From an uncultured Methylomirabilota bacterium (GTDB lineage: Bacteria; Methylomirabilota; Methylomirabilia; Methylomirabilales; 2-02-FULL-66-22), in contig OY970067.1 in assembly GCA_963705305.1 (NCBI GenBank), forward strand, positions 1,312,001-1,376,000: a stretch of DNA of 64,000 nt. Reading direction: 5' to 3'. The notes below the pieces were generated by a model. It saw only the letters and a program-made list of their open reading frames with translations. It was not told where the DNA came from and made no database searches. Positions 41,707 to 54,625 of the stretch are shown one piece after another. Position 1 is the stretch's first letter, and every line of letters begins with the position of its first letter. The translations under genes and the position numbers were made by a program.

Positions 41707-43359
41707 TCACGCCCCGACTTCCCGAACGACCGTCCCCCCGAACAGGGCCAGCGCCTCGCGGACCAGCGGATGGTCCTGCGGGCGCGCCGACCTCTGCGAC
41801 GCCGCGGGGGCAGGGGCCACGAACCGGTACTCGATCCGAAGGCGCCGCCCGAAAGCCTGGGTCGCCGCCTCCCCGATGACGCGGCGGCTCTCCGCCTCCT
41901 CCAGCGTGTCCCGCACGTAGGCGTTGCCGTTGGGCACCTCCAGCGTCAGCCGGTCGGCGTCCAGCTCGGCGGCACGGACCTCGGTCAGGACGGAGGCCAG
42001 GCGCTTGCGTCCCCGCAGCTGCTCGACGGCGGCCGCCCAGCCCTGGTCCATGTCCGCCGGCCCGCCCGGCGCAAGCGGACGCGCCCCGCCCTCCGCCGCG
42101 CGCGGGGGCTGGGCCTCCGGGGCCGCCGGCGCCCGGCGCGGCTGCGCACCCGCCGCGGGCCCGAACAGCGGCAGCTCCGCCACGGCGGCGGCCGGCGCAG
42201 GCGCGGGGCCGCCGGACGGGCGACCGGCCAGCGCGGTGAGTCGATCCAGAATGTTCCCCAGGCTTTCCAGGTGCCGGATCTCCGTCAGGCGGATCAGGGC
42301 CATCTCCAGCGAGTACCGCGGCTGGGCGGCCCGGCGCATCTCCGCCTCCGCCTGCAGCAGGGTCTTGAACATGAGCTCCAGCTCCGGCAGCGTCGCCCCC
42401 TCGGCCTGGCGGCGGGCCGCCTCCAGCCCCACGCGTCCCCCTTCCAGCAGGTGCCCCGGTTCCGGGCACACCTTGAGGATCGCCAGGTCGCGCAGGTGCG
42501 CCGCCAGCTCCACCGCGAACTGGCGCAGGTCCTGCCCGCAGCCCACGAGGCGGTCCACCAGCCCCAGCGCCGCCGCCGCATCCCGGGCCAGGATCGCATC
42601 GGCCGCCTCCGTCAGCACCTCGGCCCGCACCAGCCCCAGGAGGTCGGCCACCTTTCCGGCCTCCAGTCGGCTCCCCAGGCAGGCGATGGCCTGATCCAAA
42701 AGGCTCTGGGCGTCGCGAAGGCTGCCGCCCGCCGCCCGGGCCAGGAGGGTCACGCTCCCCTCGTCGGCGTCGACCCCTTCGGCTTGCAGGATCTCGCGCA
42801 GGCGGCCGGTGATCTCGGCCACCCCCAGGAGGCGGAAATCGTGCCGCTGGCAGCGCGACTGGATGGTGGCGGGGATGCGGTGGGGCTCCGTCGTGGCCAG
42901 GATGAAGATCACGCGAGCCGGGGGCTCCTCCAGCGTCTTCAGCAGCGCGTTGAAGGAGCTGGTGGAGAGCATGTGGGCTTCGTCGATGATATAGACCTTG
43001 TGCCGGCCTCGCGAGGGGGCGTACTGGACCGTCTCCAGGAGATCGCGGGTCTTTTCCACCTGGGTGTTGGAGGCGGCGTCCACCTCGATGCAATCCAGGG
43101 ATCGTCCGGCAGCGATCTCTTTGCAGGCGGGGCAGACGCCGCAGGGGGAGGGCGTGGGCCCTTGGGCGCAGTTCAGCGCCTTGGCCACGATCCGCGCGGT
43201 CGTTGTCTTCCCGACGCCCCGGGCTCCGGCGAAGAGCAGGGCGTGGGCCATGCGATCGCCGGCCAGGGCGTTCTTGAGGGTGTCGGTGACATGGCGCTGG
43301 CCCACGACCTCGTTGAAGGTCTGCGGCCGCCAGCGTCGTGCGATGACTTGATATGCCAT
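41707..43359 (-). CDS. dnaX: DNA polymerase III subunit gamma/tau
   Basis: ARRWRPQTF, GARGVGKTT, IIDEAHML and SRC. Confidence 0.97.
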   Translation of the reverse strand: MAYQVIARRWRPQTFNEVVGQRHVTDTLKNALAGDRMAHALLFAGARGVGKTTTARIVAKALNCAQGPTPSPCGVCPACKEIAAGRSLDCIEVDAASNTQVEKTRDLLETVQYAPSRGRHKVYIIDEAHMLSTSSFNALLKTLEEPPARVIFILATTEPHRIPATIQSRCQRHDFRLLGVAEITGRLREILQAEGVDADEGSVTLLARAAGGSLRDAQSLLDQAIACLGSRLEAGKVADLLGLVRAEVLTEAADAILARDAAAALGLVDRLVGCGQDLRQFAVELAAHLRDLAILKVCPEPGHLLEGGRVGLEAARRQAEGATLPELELMFKTLLQAEAEMRRAAQPRYSLEMALIRLTEIRHLESLGNILDRLTALAGRPSGGPAPAPAAAVAELPLFGPAAGAQPRRAPAAPEAQPPRAAEGGARPLAPGGPADMDQGWAAAVEQLRGRKRLASVLTEVRAAELDADRLTLEVPNGNAYVRDTLEEAESRRVIGEAATQAFGRRLRIEYRFVAPAPAASQRSARPQDHPLVREALALFGGTVVREVGA

Positions 43360-43410
43360 ATGCTTCCAGGGACCCCCGGAACGGGGGGGCGCCGGACGGC
43401 CCGGGCAGCT

Positions 43411-43510
43411 CCGATCGGGACCCCTCGCGGCACCGGCCGCTCGCTGTTTACCGTTGCTTCCTTCCGGACCTGGCGGGGTTCACAGGGCTACCTTGCGCGA
43501 GACCCGATCC
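43411..43510 (-). ncRNA. ffs: Signal recognition particle RNA (4.5S)
   Basis: Conserved GCCAGGTCCGGAAGGAAGCAAC helix-8 motif within a long hairpin upstream of dnaX; ends approximate. Confidence 0.9.
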
Positions 43511-43620
43511 TCATCGCTGCTCAAACCGCCCGGCGCCCGGGTGATCGGCGGCCCGGACCGCCGAAAGGCCTAACAGACTGCTCTGCCGGAAGGCGCGTCC
43601 GCCAAGCCCGAGGCAACGGC

Positions 43621-43710
43621 TGGCGGAGAGGCCGGGATTCGAACCCGGGGTGGAGTTTCCCCCACACACGCTCTCCAGGCGTGCTCCTTCAACCACTCGG
43701 ACACCTCTCC
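43621..43710 (-). tRNA. tRNA-Ser (GGA)
   Basis: GGAGAGGTGTCCGAGTGG...CACGC-CTGGAGA-GCGTG, long variable arm, ends GCCA. Confidence 0.95.
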
Positions 43711-43786
43711 GTGGCCCCCCGTCAGTCATGCGTTCTCCGGCGTCGCGGACCGCCCGCCCCCGGCAGGCGCCCTGCGGTCGACGGCG

Positions 43787-43877
43787 TGGCGGAGAGGGTG
43801 GGATTCGAACCCACGTGGGAGTTGCCCCCCAACCCGCTTTCGAGGCGGGCCCGTTACGACCACTTCGGTACCTCTCC
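43787..43877 (-). tRNA. tRNA-Ser (CGA)
   Basis: CCCGC-CTCGAAA-GCGGG anticodon arm, long variable arm, ends GCCA. Confidence 0.95.
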
Positions 43878-43913
43878 CCGACACCGGCGCTTGTTTGCGT
43901 TTGTGGGGCGTCG

Positions 43914-44519
43914 CTAGCCGGCGGGCACGCCCTGGATCAGGGTGACCCGGTACTTGGCGTGCTCGAACGGCTGCATATCCGGGAACTTGGCGAAGAGCCA
44001 TCCCCGGTAGATCTCCTTCTTGTCCTCGAAGACCGTCACCGCCACGGCGGGGTTGGTCGGCTCGTTCGAGGCCGAGGTGATCTCGTTGCTATCCACCCGA
44101 AGCGCCGGCAGGAAATCTCCGACCCGCACATGGAGGCTGCTCCCCGGAATGTCCAGCTCGCCCCCCAGCGGCACCGTGAAGATCCGGGGTGGCCCGCCCC
44201 CATCCTTCTCCTCCACCTGGAGCTTCACGGCCTTCCACTTGCCCCTGACCGACCCGGGGACCCGCACCGTCCGGCTGCTGCTCCCCACGGGGGGATGCCG
44301 CTGTTCCGACGCGCTCTCGCCCGGCATGCCGATGGGCGGATGGCCGGGGGGCAGCGTCGCCTGGGCCGACTCGCCCCCCGCGGCCGCGGGAGGCGGCGGA
44401 GGCGGGGCCACCACGGCGAAGTAGAGCGCCACCGCCGCCAGCGGGACGGCCACCGCCAGGCCGATGAGGATCAGCCTTCGCGTGGACGGCCTCGGCGTGC
44501 TCCCGTCTGTGGAATTCAT
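43914..44519 (-). CDS. Membrane-anchored DUF2155-like protein
   Basis: N-terminal TM, LPPGHPP and SNEPTNPAV...GWLFAKFP...FEH. Confidence 0.7.
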   Translation of the reverse strand: MNSTDGSTPRPSTRRLILIGLAVAVPLAAVALYFAVVAPPPPPPAAAGGESAQATLPPGHPPIGMPGESASEQRHPPVGSSSRTVRVPGSVRGKWKAVKLQVEEKDGGGPPRIFTVPLGGELDIPGSSLHVRVGDFLPALRVDSNEITSASNEPTNPAVAVTVFEDKKEIYRGWLFAKFPDMQPFEHAKYRVTLIQGVPAG

Positions 44520-44631
44520 CGATCCTGCCCCGCAGCCAAATAGAAAAACCGGCCCTGCCCCGAGGGCTGCCGGCGGGCCCGTGGCGTGGCCGACAGGCGC
44601 CGTTCTCTTTCTCTGCTCGTTCTGTCTGGGT

Positions 44632-44723
44632 TGGCGGAGAGGCCGGGATTCGAACCCGGGGGCCAGTTTTACCCGACCAACCGCTTAGCAGGCGGTTGCC
44701 TTCGGCCGCTCGGCCACCTCTCC
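44632..44723 (-). tRNA. tRNA-Ser (GCT)
   Basis: ACCGC-CTGCTAA-GCGGT anticodon arm, ends GCCA. Confidence 0.95.
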
Positions 44724-44816
44724 AGCATGCTCCGTCTATCTGCCGGTCGCGCCCCTCAATCGGGCCCCCGTTTTGCGCGGGGCCGCGTTGTCGCGCGACA
44801 CCCCATCGCGCGTCGC

Positions 44817-44902
44817 TGGCGGAGGGGGTAGGATTCGAACCCACGGACCTTGCGGTCTTCCCGTTTCAAGCGGGATGCCTTCAACCACTCGGCCACCCCT
44901 CC
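44817..44902 (-). tRNA. tRNA-Ser (TGA)
   Basis: TCCCG-CTTGAAA-CGGGA anticodon arm, ends GCCA. Confidence 0.95.
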
Positions 44903-45028
44903 CCTGCGGGATCCTGCCGCCATCCCTCCGGCGAGCGTCTCGGTGCCGCGCCGCGACGTCTCCAGGCCCCCGCCGGCCCTCTTATCATAGGAAACCCCGC
45001 GCACAAAGGGAAGCGGAAATGTGGGCAG

Positions 45029-46315
45029 CTAGGGTTTGGGGATGCGCTCCAGCCCGTCCATGTACGGCCGTAGCGCCTCCGGGATGCGTACGCTGCCGTC
45101 CGCCTCCTGGAAGTTCTCCAGGATGGCCAGCCAGGTGCGGCCCACCGCCACCCCCGACCCGTTCAGCGTGTGGGCGTATTCCACCGGGGCCTTGGGGGCC
45201 GGCCGAAAGCGGATGTTGGCCCGCCGGGCCTGAAAGTCTTCGCAGTTGCTCACGGAGGAGATCTCCCGGTAGCCTCCCCCGCCCGGTTGGCCGGGCAGCC
45301 ACACCTCAAGATCGTAGGTCTTAGCGGAGGCAAACCCCATGTCCCCGGTACACAGCACCACCACCCGGTAGGGAAGCCCCAGCCCCTGCAGCACCGCTTC
45401 GGCGTCGCGCGTCATCTGCTCCAGCGCCTCGCACGATCGGTTGGGCTCGGTGAACTTCACCAGCTCCACCTTGTTGAACTGGTGCTGTCGAACGAGCCCC
45501 CGCGTGTCCTTCCCATAGGACCCGGCCTCCCGCCGGAAGCAGGGCGTAAACGCCACGTAGGATCGGGGCAGGCTGCCAGGAGGCAGGATCTCGTCCCGGT
45601 GGAGGTTGGTGAGCGGGACCTCGGCGGTCGGGATCATGTAGAGGGACTCGTCCTTGGTCTTGAACAGCTCCTCCTCGAACTTGGGCAGCTGGCCGGCCCC
45701 CGTCATGGCGGCCGCATTGACCAAAAGCGGGGGGAGCACCTCCGTGTAGCCGTGCTCCCGCACGTGCAGGTCCAGCATGAAGTTGATGAGCGCCCGCTCC
45801 AGGCGGGCCCCCGGACCGATGAGAACGGCAAAGCGCGCCTGGGCCATGCGCGTGGCGCGCTCGAAGTCCAGCAGTCCCAGCGCCTCACCGATCTCCCAGT
45901 GGGGCCTGGGGGGAAAATCGAACTTTCGGGGGGATCCCCAGCGCCGGACCTCCGTGTTCCCGCTGCCGTCCGGGGCCACCGGCACCGAGGCGTGGGGGAG
46001 ATTCGGCACGCCCAGGAGGAAGCGCTTGACCTGCTCCTCGCAGCGTCGCACGGCCTCGTCCAGGCTCTTGATCCGCTCTCCCGCCTCCCGCATCTCGGCG
46101 ATGAGATCCTGGGCGTCCTGCCCGGCCCGCTTGCGCCGGCCGACCTCCTCCGACACGGCGTTGCGCCGATGCTTGAGCTGCTCCACCTCGGCCAGGAGAC
46201 GGCGGCGGCCCGCCTCGGCCTCCAGGAATTCGCCGAAGTCCAGTCGCAGCCCGCGACTTTGCAGGCGCTGCTGAACCGCCTCCAGGTTGTCCCGAACGAA
46301 TTTTGCGTCGAGCAT
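45029..46315 (-). CDS. serS: Seryl-tRNA synthetase
   Basis: [27 protein letters not shown] and HTLNGSG. Confidence 0.98.
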   Translation of the reverse strand: MLDAKFVRDNLEAVQQRLQSRGLRLDFGEFLEAEAGRRRLLAEVEQLKHRRNAVSEEVGRRKRAGQDAQDLIAEMREAGERIKSLDEAVRRCEEQVKRFLLGVPNLPHASVPVAPDGSGNTEVRRWGSPRKFDFPPRPHWEIGEALGLLDFERATRMAQARFAVLIGPGARLERALINFMLDLHVREHGYTEVLPPLLVNAAAMTGAGQLPKFEEELFKTKDESLYMIPTAEVPLTNLHRDEILPPGSLPRSYVAFTPCFRREAGSYGKDTRGLVRQHQFNKVELVKFTEPNRSCEALEQMTRDAEAVLQGLGLPYRVVVLCTGDMGFASAKTYDLEVWLPGQPGGGGYREISSVSNCEDFQARRANIRFRPAPKAPVEYAHTLNGSGVAVGRTWLAILENFQEADGSVRIPEALRPYMDGLERIPKP

Positions 46316-46333
46316 CGTCGCGTCGCCCTGCCG

Positions 46334-48835
46334 TTAGCCCTGGGGCTCCTCGGCGTCCGACCCGCTTCCGTTCGCCTCGCCCTCGGCCTCTTCGGCCACC
46401 AGGCTGGTGACCGCCGCCACCCGGTCGTTGGCCTCCAGGCCCTGCAGGCGCACCCCCTGGGTGGCCCGCCCGATCACGCTGATCTCGCGGACATTCAGCC
46501 GGTTCACCTTTCCTTCCTGCGAGATCATCATGGCCTGGTCCTGCTCCTGGACCTGGAGAATGCTGACCACCGGCCCGTTCTTGTCCGTCACCCGCACGTT
46601 GATGATGCCCTTGCCGCCCCGGCCCTGGAGGCGGTATTCTTCCAGGGCGGTGCGCTTCCCGTAGCCGTGCTCGTTCACCGTCAGGATGGTGGTGCCGGGC
46701 CGGACCACCTCGGCGGCCACGACCTTGTCCTCGTCCTCCAGGGCGATGCCGATGACTCCCCGCCCCGTGCGCCCGATGGACCGCACCTCCTCCTCGCCGA
46801 ACCGGATGGCCATACCCTGCCGCGTGGCCAGGAAGATCTCGTCTCCCTCCGAGGTCAGCCGGACGGCGATCAGCTCGTCCCCCTCGTCCAGCGTCAGCGC
46901 GATGATGCCGCCGGCGCGCGGATTGGCGTAGGCGCTGAGCTCCGTCTTCTTCACGACCCCCCCGCGCGTGGCCATGAAGAGGTACTTGTCCACCTCGAAC
47001 TGGCGGATCGGGATCATGGCCGTGACGTTCTCGCCCGGCTGCACCTGCAGGAAGTTGACCAGCGCCTTGCCCTTGGCGGCCCGGCCCACCTGCGGCACCT
47101 CGTGCACTTTCAGCCAGTGCACCCGGCCCAGGTTCGTGAAGAGGAGCATGTAGCTGTGCGTGGTCGCCACGAAGAGGTACTCCACGTAGTCCTCTTCCTT
47201 GGTGGCCATCCCGGTGGTGCCCTTGCCGCCCCGCCGCTGCGACCGGTAGATCGTCAGCGGGCTGCGCTTGATGTAGCCGCCGTGCGTGACGGTGACCACC
47301 ATCTCCTCGTCGGCCACCATGTCCTCGAAGGAGATCTCGGCCGTCTCCTCCAGGATCTGGGTGCGGCGGGGGTCGCCGTACTGGTCCTTCAGGGCCGTCA
47401 GCTCGTCCCGCACAATCCCCCGGACCAAGGCCTCGTTGCCGAGGATCGCCTCCAGGCGGGCGATCAGCTGGATGGTCTCCTGGTACTCGTCCTGGATCTT
47501 CTGGCGCTCCAGCTGGGTGAGGCGCTGCAGGCGGAGGTCCAGGACAGCCTGCGCCTGGATCGTGGTCATGCCGAACTGCTGCACCAGGCCCTCGCGGGCC
47601 TCGTCCACCGAGCGGGACCGCCGGATGAGCTGGATGACCGCGTCCAGGTGGTCCAGGGCGATCCGGTAGCCCTCCAGAAGATGGGCCCGCGCCTCGGCCT
47701 GGCGAAGCTCGAAGCGGGTCCGGCGGACCACCACTGTCTTCCGGTGGTCGATGAAGTGTCCGACCACCTGCTTGAGATCCAGCACCCGGGGCTGGTTGTC
47801 CACCAGGGCCAGCATGATCACCCCGAAGGTGGACTGCATCGCCGTGTGCTTGTAGAGCGTGTTCAGGATGGGGGGGGCCGGCTCGTCCTTCTTGAGCTCC
47901 AGCACGATGCGCATGCCCTCCCGGTCGGACTCGTCGCGCAGATCCGAGACGCCGTCGATGCGCTTCTCGCGGATGAGCTCCGCGATCCGCTCCACCAGCC
48001 TGGCCTTGTTCACCTGGTAGGGCAGCTCGGTCACCACGATGCTGTCCCGCCCGCCGCGCCCCTTCTCGATGACCGCCTTGGCGCGCACCTGGATGAGTCC
48101 CCGCCCGGTCCGGTAGGCATCCAGGATCCCCTGCCGCCCGTGGATGTAGCCGGCGGTGGGGAAGTCCGGCCCGGGCAGGTGGTGCATCAGCTCGTCGATG
48201 GTGATATCGCCATTCTCCAGCTGGGCGATGACGGCGTCCACCACCTCTCCCAGGTTGTGGGGCGGGATGTTGGTGGCCATACCCACGGCGATGCCCGCCG
48301 AGCCGTTGATCAGCAGGTTCGGCAGGACCGCGGGCAGCACCAGCGGCTCCTGCGTGGACTCGTCGTAGTTGGGGCTGAAGTCCACCGTCTCCTTGTCGAT
48401 GTCCCGCAGCATCTCCTGGGACAGGCGGGCCAGGCGGACCTCCGTGTAGCGCATGGCCGCGGGCGCATCCCCGTCCACGGAGCCGAAGTTCCCCTGCCCG
48501 TCGATCAGGGGGTAGCGCATGGAGAAGTCCTGCACCAGGCGCACGATGGTGTCGTAGACGGCGCTGTCGCCGTGCGGGTGGTATTTCCCCAGGACGTCGC
48601 CCACGACGCGGGCCGACTTGCGGTAGGGGCGGTTGAAGCTCAGCCCCATCTCGTCCATGGAGTAGAGCACGCGGCGGTGCACCGGCTTCAGGCCGTCCCG
48701 CACGTCCGGCAGGGCCCGGCCGATGATGACGCTCATGGCGTAGTCCAGGTAGGACCGCCGCATCTCCTCGTGGATGTCGGTGGGGTGAACCTCGCCTACG
48801 CGCTGCTGGGCGATCCCGTCGTTCTGTTCGGGCAC
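46334..48835 (-). CDS. gyrA: DNA gyrase subunit A
   Basis: YHPHGD, AAMRYTE and GyrA-box QRRGGKG. Confidence 0.98.
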   Translation of the reverse strand: MPEQNDGIAQQRVGEVHPTDIHEEMRRSYLDYAMSVIIGRALPDVRDGLKPVHRRVLYSMDEMGLSFNRPYRKSARVVGDVLGKYHPHGDSAVYDTIVRLVQDFSMRYPLIDGQGNFGSVDGDAPAAMRYTEVRLARLSQEMLRDIDKETVDFSPNYDESTQEPLVLPAVLPNLLINGSAGIAVGMATNIPPHNLGEVVDAVIAQLENGDITIDELMHHLPGPDFPTAGYIHGRQGILDAYRTGRGLIQVRAKAVIEKGRGGRDSIVVTELPYQVNKARLVERIAELIREKRIDGVSDLRDESDREGMRIVLELKKDEPAPPILNTLYKHTAMQSTFGVIMLALVDNQPRVLDLKQVVGHFIDHRKTVVVRRTRFELRQAEARAHLLEGYRIALDHLDAVIQLIRRSRSVDEAREGLVQQFGMTTIQAQAVLDLRLQRLTQLERQKIQDEYQETIQLIARLEAILGNEALVRGIVRDELTALKDQYGDPRRTQILEETAEISFEDMVADEEMVVTVTHGGYIKRSPLTIYRSQRRGGKGTTGMATKEEDYVEYLFVATTHSYMLLFTNLGRVHWLKVHEVPQVGRAAKGKALVNFLQVQPGENVTAMIPIRQFEVDKYLFMATRGGVVKKTELSAYANPRAGGIIALTLDEGDELIAVRLTSEGDEIFLATRQGMAIRFGEEEVRSIGRTGRGVIGIALEDEDKVVAAEVVRPGTTILTVNEHGYGKRTALEEYRLQGRGGKGIINVRVTDKNGPVVSILQVQEQDQAMMISQEGKVNRLNVREISVIGRATQGVRLQGLEANDRVAAVTSLVAEEAEGEANGSGSDAEEPQG

Positions 48836-48911
48836 GACTCGTCCGTCCTCTCAGGCCGCCGGGCGGGCGGCTGCCGCTTGCCGCCGGCCGGCGCCCGGTC
48901 TGCGCGAGCCA

Positions 48912-51440
<2,529 letters not shown>

Positions 51441-51609
51441 TCAGCGCCGGCGGCCGGCGCGCCGCGTGCCGACAGGCTTGGGCTGCCGTTGGGGGGGAGG
51501 TCAGCCCGCACGTTTCCGTTGAATCGTGCCGCCCTCGCCGCCGGTCGGTTCCGCGGGCGCCCGGGAACCGGTGATCCGCCGGGGAGGGCGACGATCGCCG
51601 GCGGCAACA

Positions 51610-52710
51610 TCAGATGCGCATGGGCATGATGACGCAGCTGTAGGCCTCGTCGCCGCCCGGGCGAAAGATCGCGGGGCTGAGTGGATCGTTGATTTGCACG
51701 GTAATCTGAGCGGCATCTATCGCCGAGAGAAACTCCATCACGTAGCGCGCATTGAAGCCGACCTTGAAGCCGTCGCCGGCGTAGGATGTCTCCACCTCTT
51801 CGTGCGCTTCGCCTAAGTCCATGTTGACGCACGAGACCAGAACCCGACCCGGCTGGAAGTCGAATTCCGTGGGCGTGGTCCGCTCGCCCATGATCGCCGA
51901 GGTTCGCCGTAGCGCCCCGTAGAGCGCGTCTCGATCCAGCGTGATGTGGCTCGCCGTGGCGCTGGGAATGACCTGCTCGTAGTTCGGAAACTGGCCATCA
52001 ATGAGGCGCGCCACCAGCGTCGTGGTGCGCTGCCGGAGGATGAGTTGATTCTCGGCGATGTGCAGGCGAACGTCCCCGTCCCCGTCGCGAGCGATCTTCG
52101 CAGCCTCTGCCATCCCCTTTTTTGGTATCAAGGCCTCCAGGGTTGTTTCGGAGCCGTCGCCGCGCGCAGCCCGCACCAGCGCGAGGCGATGGCCGTCCGT
52201 TGCCACCATACTGACCTCGCCGGCGCGCACCTGGAGAAGAATCCCGGTGAGCGCGTAGCGGGTCTGGTCCGATGAGACGGCAAACAGTGTCTTGCGGACC
52301 ATGTCGCGGAAGATTCCCGCTTGAAGCGCCACCTCTTTGTTCGGCACGAGATTGGGTAGTGATGGAAATTCGTCCTTGGGGAGCCCCTTCATGCGAAAAT
52401 TCGAGCGCTCGCAGGTGATGGTCACCTGGAGATCCGCATCCGCTGCAAACTCGACCGGGGCTTGGGGGAGCTCGCGAGCCACCTCGTAAAGTTTTTTGGC
52501 TGCAAGTGCCACAGTGCCCGGTTGGATGACTTCGGCCGGGACCTGGCTGCGGAGTCCGACGTCCAGATCGGTGCCGAAAAGATACACCCCTTCAGGCGTT
52601 GCTTCCAAAAGAACATGAGAGAGGATCGGGAGAGTCTTTTTGGCCTCGACAACACCCTGGACGGGACCTAAGGCATCCACGAATGCGTCACGTTCCACAC
52701 GAATTCGCAT
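51610..52710 (-). CDS. dnaN: DNA polymerase III beta sliding clamp
   Basis: TLPILSHV, ATDGHRL, GFNARY and C-terminal IMPMRI. Confidence 0.97.
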   Translation of the reverse strand: MRIRVERDAFVDALGPVQGVVEAKKTLPILSHVLLEATPEGVYLFGTDLDVGLRSQVPAEVIQPGTVALAAKKLYEVARELPQAPVEFAADADLQVTITCERSNFRMKGLPKDEFPSLPNLVPNKEVALQAGIFRDMVRKTLFAVSSDQTRYALTGILLQVRAGEVSMVATDGHRLALVRAARGDGSETTLEALIPKKGMAEAAKIARDGDGDVRLHIAENQLILRQRTTTLVARLIDGQFPNYEQVIPSATASHITLDRDALYGALRRTSAIMGERTTPTEFDFQPGRVLVSCVNMDLGEAHEEVETSYAGDGFKVGFNARYVMEFLSAIDAAQITVQINDPLSPAIFRPGGDEAYSCVIMPMRI

Positions 52711-52814
52711 GAGACTCCCTCGCTCACCTATGCGTGAAGCAACTGACGGACATTGGGAAGAGGATTGTATGGCGACGCGACACGCGCGAGGTCACGCTGG
52801 TGGCGCACTTCTGG

Positions 52815-53400
52815 GTAGCTTTAATAATATAAGTAAATCCATTAGTAGTAAGAGTCATAGGTTAATGAATAGTGTGGATAGCGTCTCAACCGCGCATAAT
52901 ACGCGGTCCCCGTTATTTAGGCGTTTGTGGATGGTGTGTGGGTAGCCTCGCAACGCACCACCTTTCCGGGCAGAACCGGGCCAATGTGTGGAAATGGATC
53001 GGCAAATATAAAAGTCTAACCACATATTTTACAAGATTATACGCAATAATGTCAACAAGAGGTTGCTCGACTTCGGCGCGGCATTTTGGTATCGGAGAAA
53101 CCCCACACTATCCATCGAATTCTCTAGCGAAGGCCACGAGCATTCAAGGACAGGACGCCCCATTCATCAGCTCATATACCAAACACATGAATGGTAATAA
53201 TTGATAAAGAGCGCGGGGGCGGATGGCGAACGGCGGGATCACGAAATGGCGTTATGGAAGACGCCAATAAAAAGTCGCCGAGTCCTTTGGTACGCTTTGA
53301 GCACCATTGTCCCGAGAATAAACGATTTAAGCCGATGGTTACACACAGGGTTTTCCACAGATGTGGATAAGTAATGTACTCATTAAGATTCAATGGGTTA
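52815..53400. other. Chromosomal replication origin oriC
   Basis: AT-rich tract 52820-52870 with TAG/TAA-like trios beside the DnaA box TGTGGATAG (52873). Further boxes TTTTCCACA (53351) and perfect TGTGGATAA (53362). Genes diverge on either side. Confidence 0.85.
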
Positions 53401-53817
53401 TGGTCGAGCCGTAGCGAATCTTTGTCATGTATCAGCTAAACCGACAGGCATATTTACTGTTGCGTCATGGGCATTGGTATGAGGTTGGAGACTGCCGCAA
53501 AAGCAGCCTCCAATGCGGACGCGTCAGGTGCTCGGCGAGAGGATCGAGCCCGCCGACAGGTCGCCTGCGGGTTTAAACGCCTGAGCGCTCCGAGGAGTGG
53601 AGTGGCATGCCTGAGTGGCCGCCCAACAAGACGCTGTGGCGCGGAGAGCCTGATCAGATGAACCATCTCCGGGCGACCGCGCGAAGCGTCAACAGGCTCC
53701 CAGCGCCCGCGGAACACGCCGGTGGCCGAGACCTCAGAAGCCCGAGGGGGAATGCCCCGGTGAGAGCAGGGCTCCGAGTGGCCCCGGGAAAGACTTTGTG
53801 ATTGTGCGCGGACCTGC

Positions 53818-53846
53818 TTGACATTCAGACTCGTCCGAAATAGGAT
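53818..53846 (+). promoter_or_regulatory. Sigma70 promoter of rpmH
   Basis: TTGACA-17 bp-TAGGAT. Confidence 0.75.
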
Positions 53847-53881
53847 AGATGCTTTGCGGTACCGGCGAACAGGGAGGAACC

Positions 53882-54016
53882 ATGAAGCGAACGTATCAGC
53901 CAAACCGGAGCAAGCGAAAGGCATCTCACGGGTTCATGAAAAGGATGAGCACGCCCGGCGGCCGCAAGACGATCGCACGGCGCCGCGCCAAGGGGCGCTA
54001 TCGGTTGACGGTGTAG
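53882..54016 (+). CDS. rpmH: 50S ribosomal protein L34 (not in ORF track)
   Basis: Manual translation [53 protein letters not shown]. Confidence 0.97.
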   Translation: MKRTYQPNRSKRKASHGFMKRMSTPGGRKTIARRRAKGRYRLTV

Positions 54017-54032
54017 AAGAAAGCAGTCCGGA

Positions 54033-54386
54033 ATGCCAAGACAGACCACACGAGCGGGGGCGACGAGGCTGCGTCGTTCCGGCGTTCGAACTCACAGCGG
54101 GCCCTGGACGGTCTGCGCTGCGCATGGCAGCAGCAGTGCCGGGCGACTCGTCGTTTCTCTGGGCCGGGCGGCGGGAAGCGCGGTTGCGCGGAGCCGGATC
54201 CGGCGAATCGCCCGCAGCGTCTTTTATGAGAAGGCGGATTCCGCCGCGCCCGTAGACCTATTGCTGTTGGCGCGCCGGAGCGTGGCCGGCGAGCCGCGCA
54301 GGCGCGTGCGGGCCGAGTTGAGCGAGCTTCTGGCCCGCGCCACGATGCGGCTAGCCGGTCGGACGGGAGAGGCGGGCGGTGTTTAG
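54033..54386 (+). CDS. rnpA: Ribonuclease P protein component (divergent)
   Basis: Synteny after rpmH; RLVVSLGRAAGSAVARSRIRR resembles the RNR motif. Confidence 0.8.
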   Translation: MPRQTTRAGATRLRRSGVRTHSGPWTVCAAHGSSSAGRLVVSLGRAAGSAVARSRIRRIARSVFYEKADSAAPVDLLLLARRSVAGEPRRRVRAELSELLARATMRLAGRTGEAGGV

Positions 54387-54597
54387 ATTGTCCCGAATGG
54401 TTGTTGCCACCATTCGCATATATCAGCGCTGGGTTTCCCCGGCCCTGACGCCGGCTTGTCGATTTGCCCCGACCTGCTCCGAATATGCGGCCCAAGCCAT
54501 CTTGCGCCATGGATTGGTGCACGGTCTCTGGTTAGGCACCCGCCGCTTGTTGAAGTGCCACCCATATCATCCCGGCGGACTGGATCCTGTCCCTTAA
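54379..54597 (+). CDS. yidD: Membrane protein insertion efficiency factor
   Basis: YQRWVSP...CRFAPTCSEYA...KCHPYHPGGLDPVP. Confidence 0.95.
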   Translation: MFRLSRMVVATIRIYQRWVSPALTPACRFAPTCSEYAAQAILRHGLVHGLWLGTRRLLKCHPYHPGGLDPVP

Positions 54598-54625
54598 CCT
54601 CGCGTCGCGGCTTCCGGAGTTCGGC

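Noticed and set aside
44817..44902. Selenocysteine or suppressor tRNA
   Set aside because: Anticodon TGA reads Ser UCA codons; tRNA-Sec would have anticodon TCA.
53460..53800. Structured ncRNA upstream of the rpmH promoter
   Set aside because: GC-rich, but no recognisable RNA family motif; an Rfam search would be needed.
52872..53924. dnaA remnant or ORFs within the origin gap
   Set aside because: The short ORFs lack AAA+ or DnaA domain IV motifs and overlap DnaA boxes.
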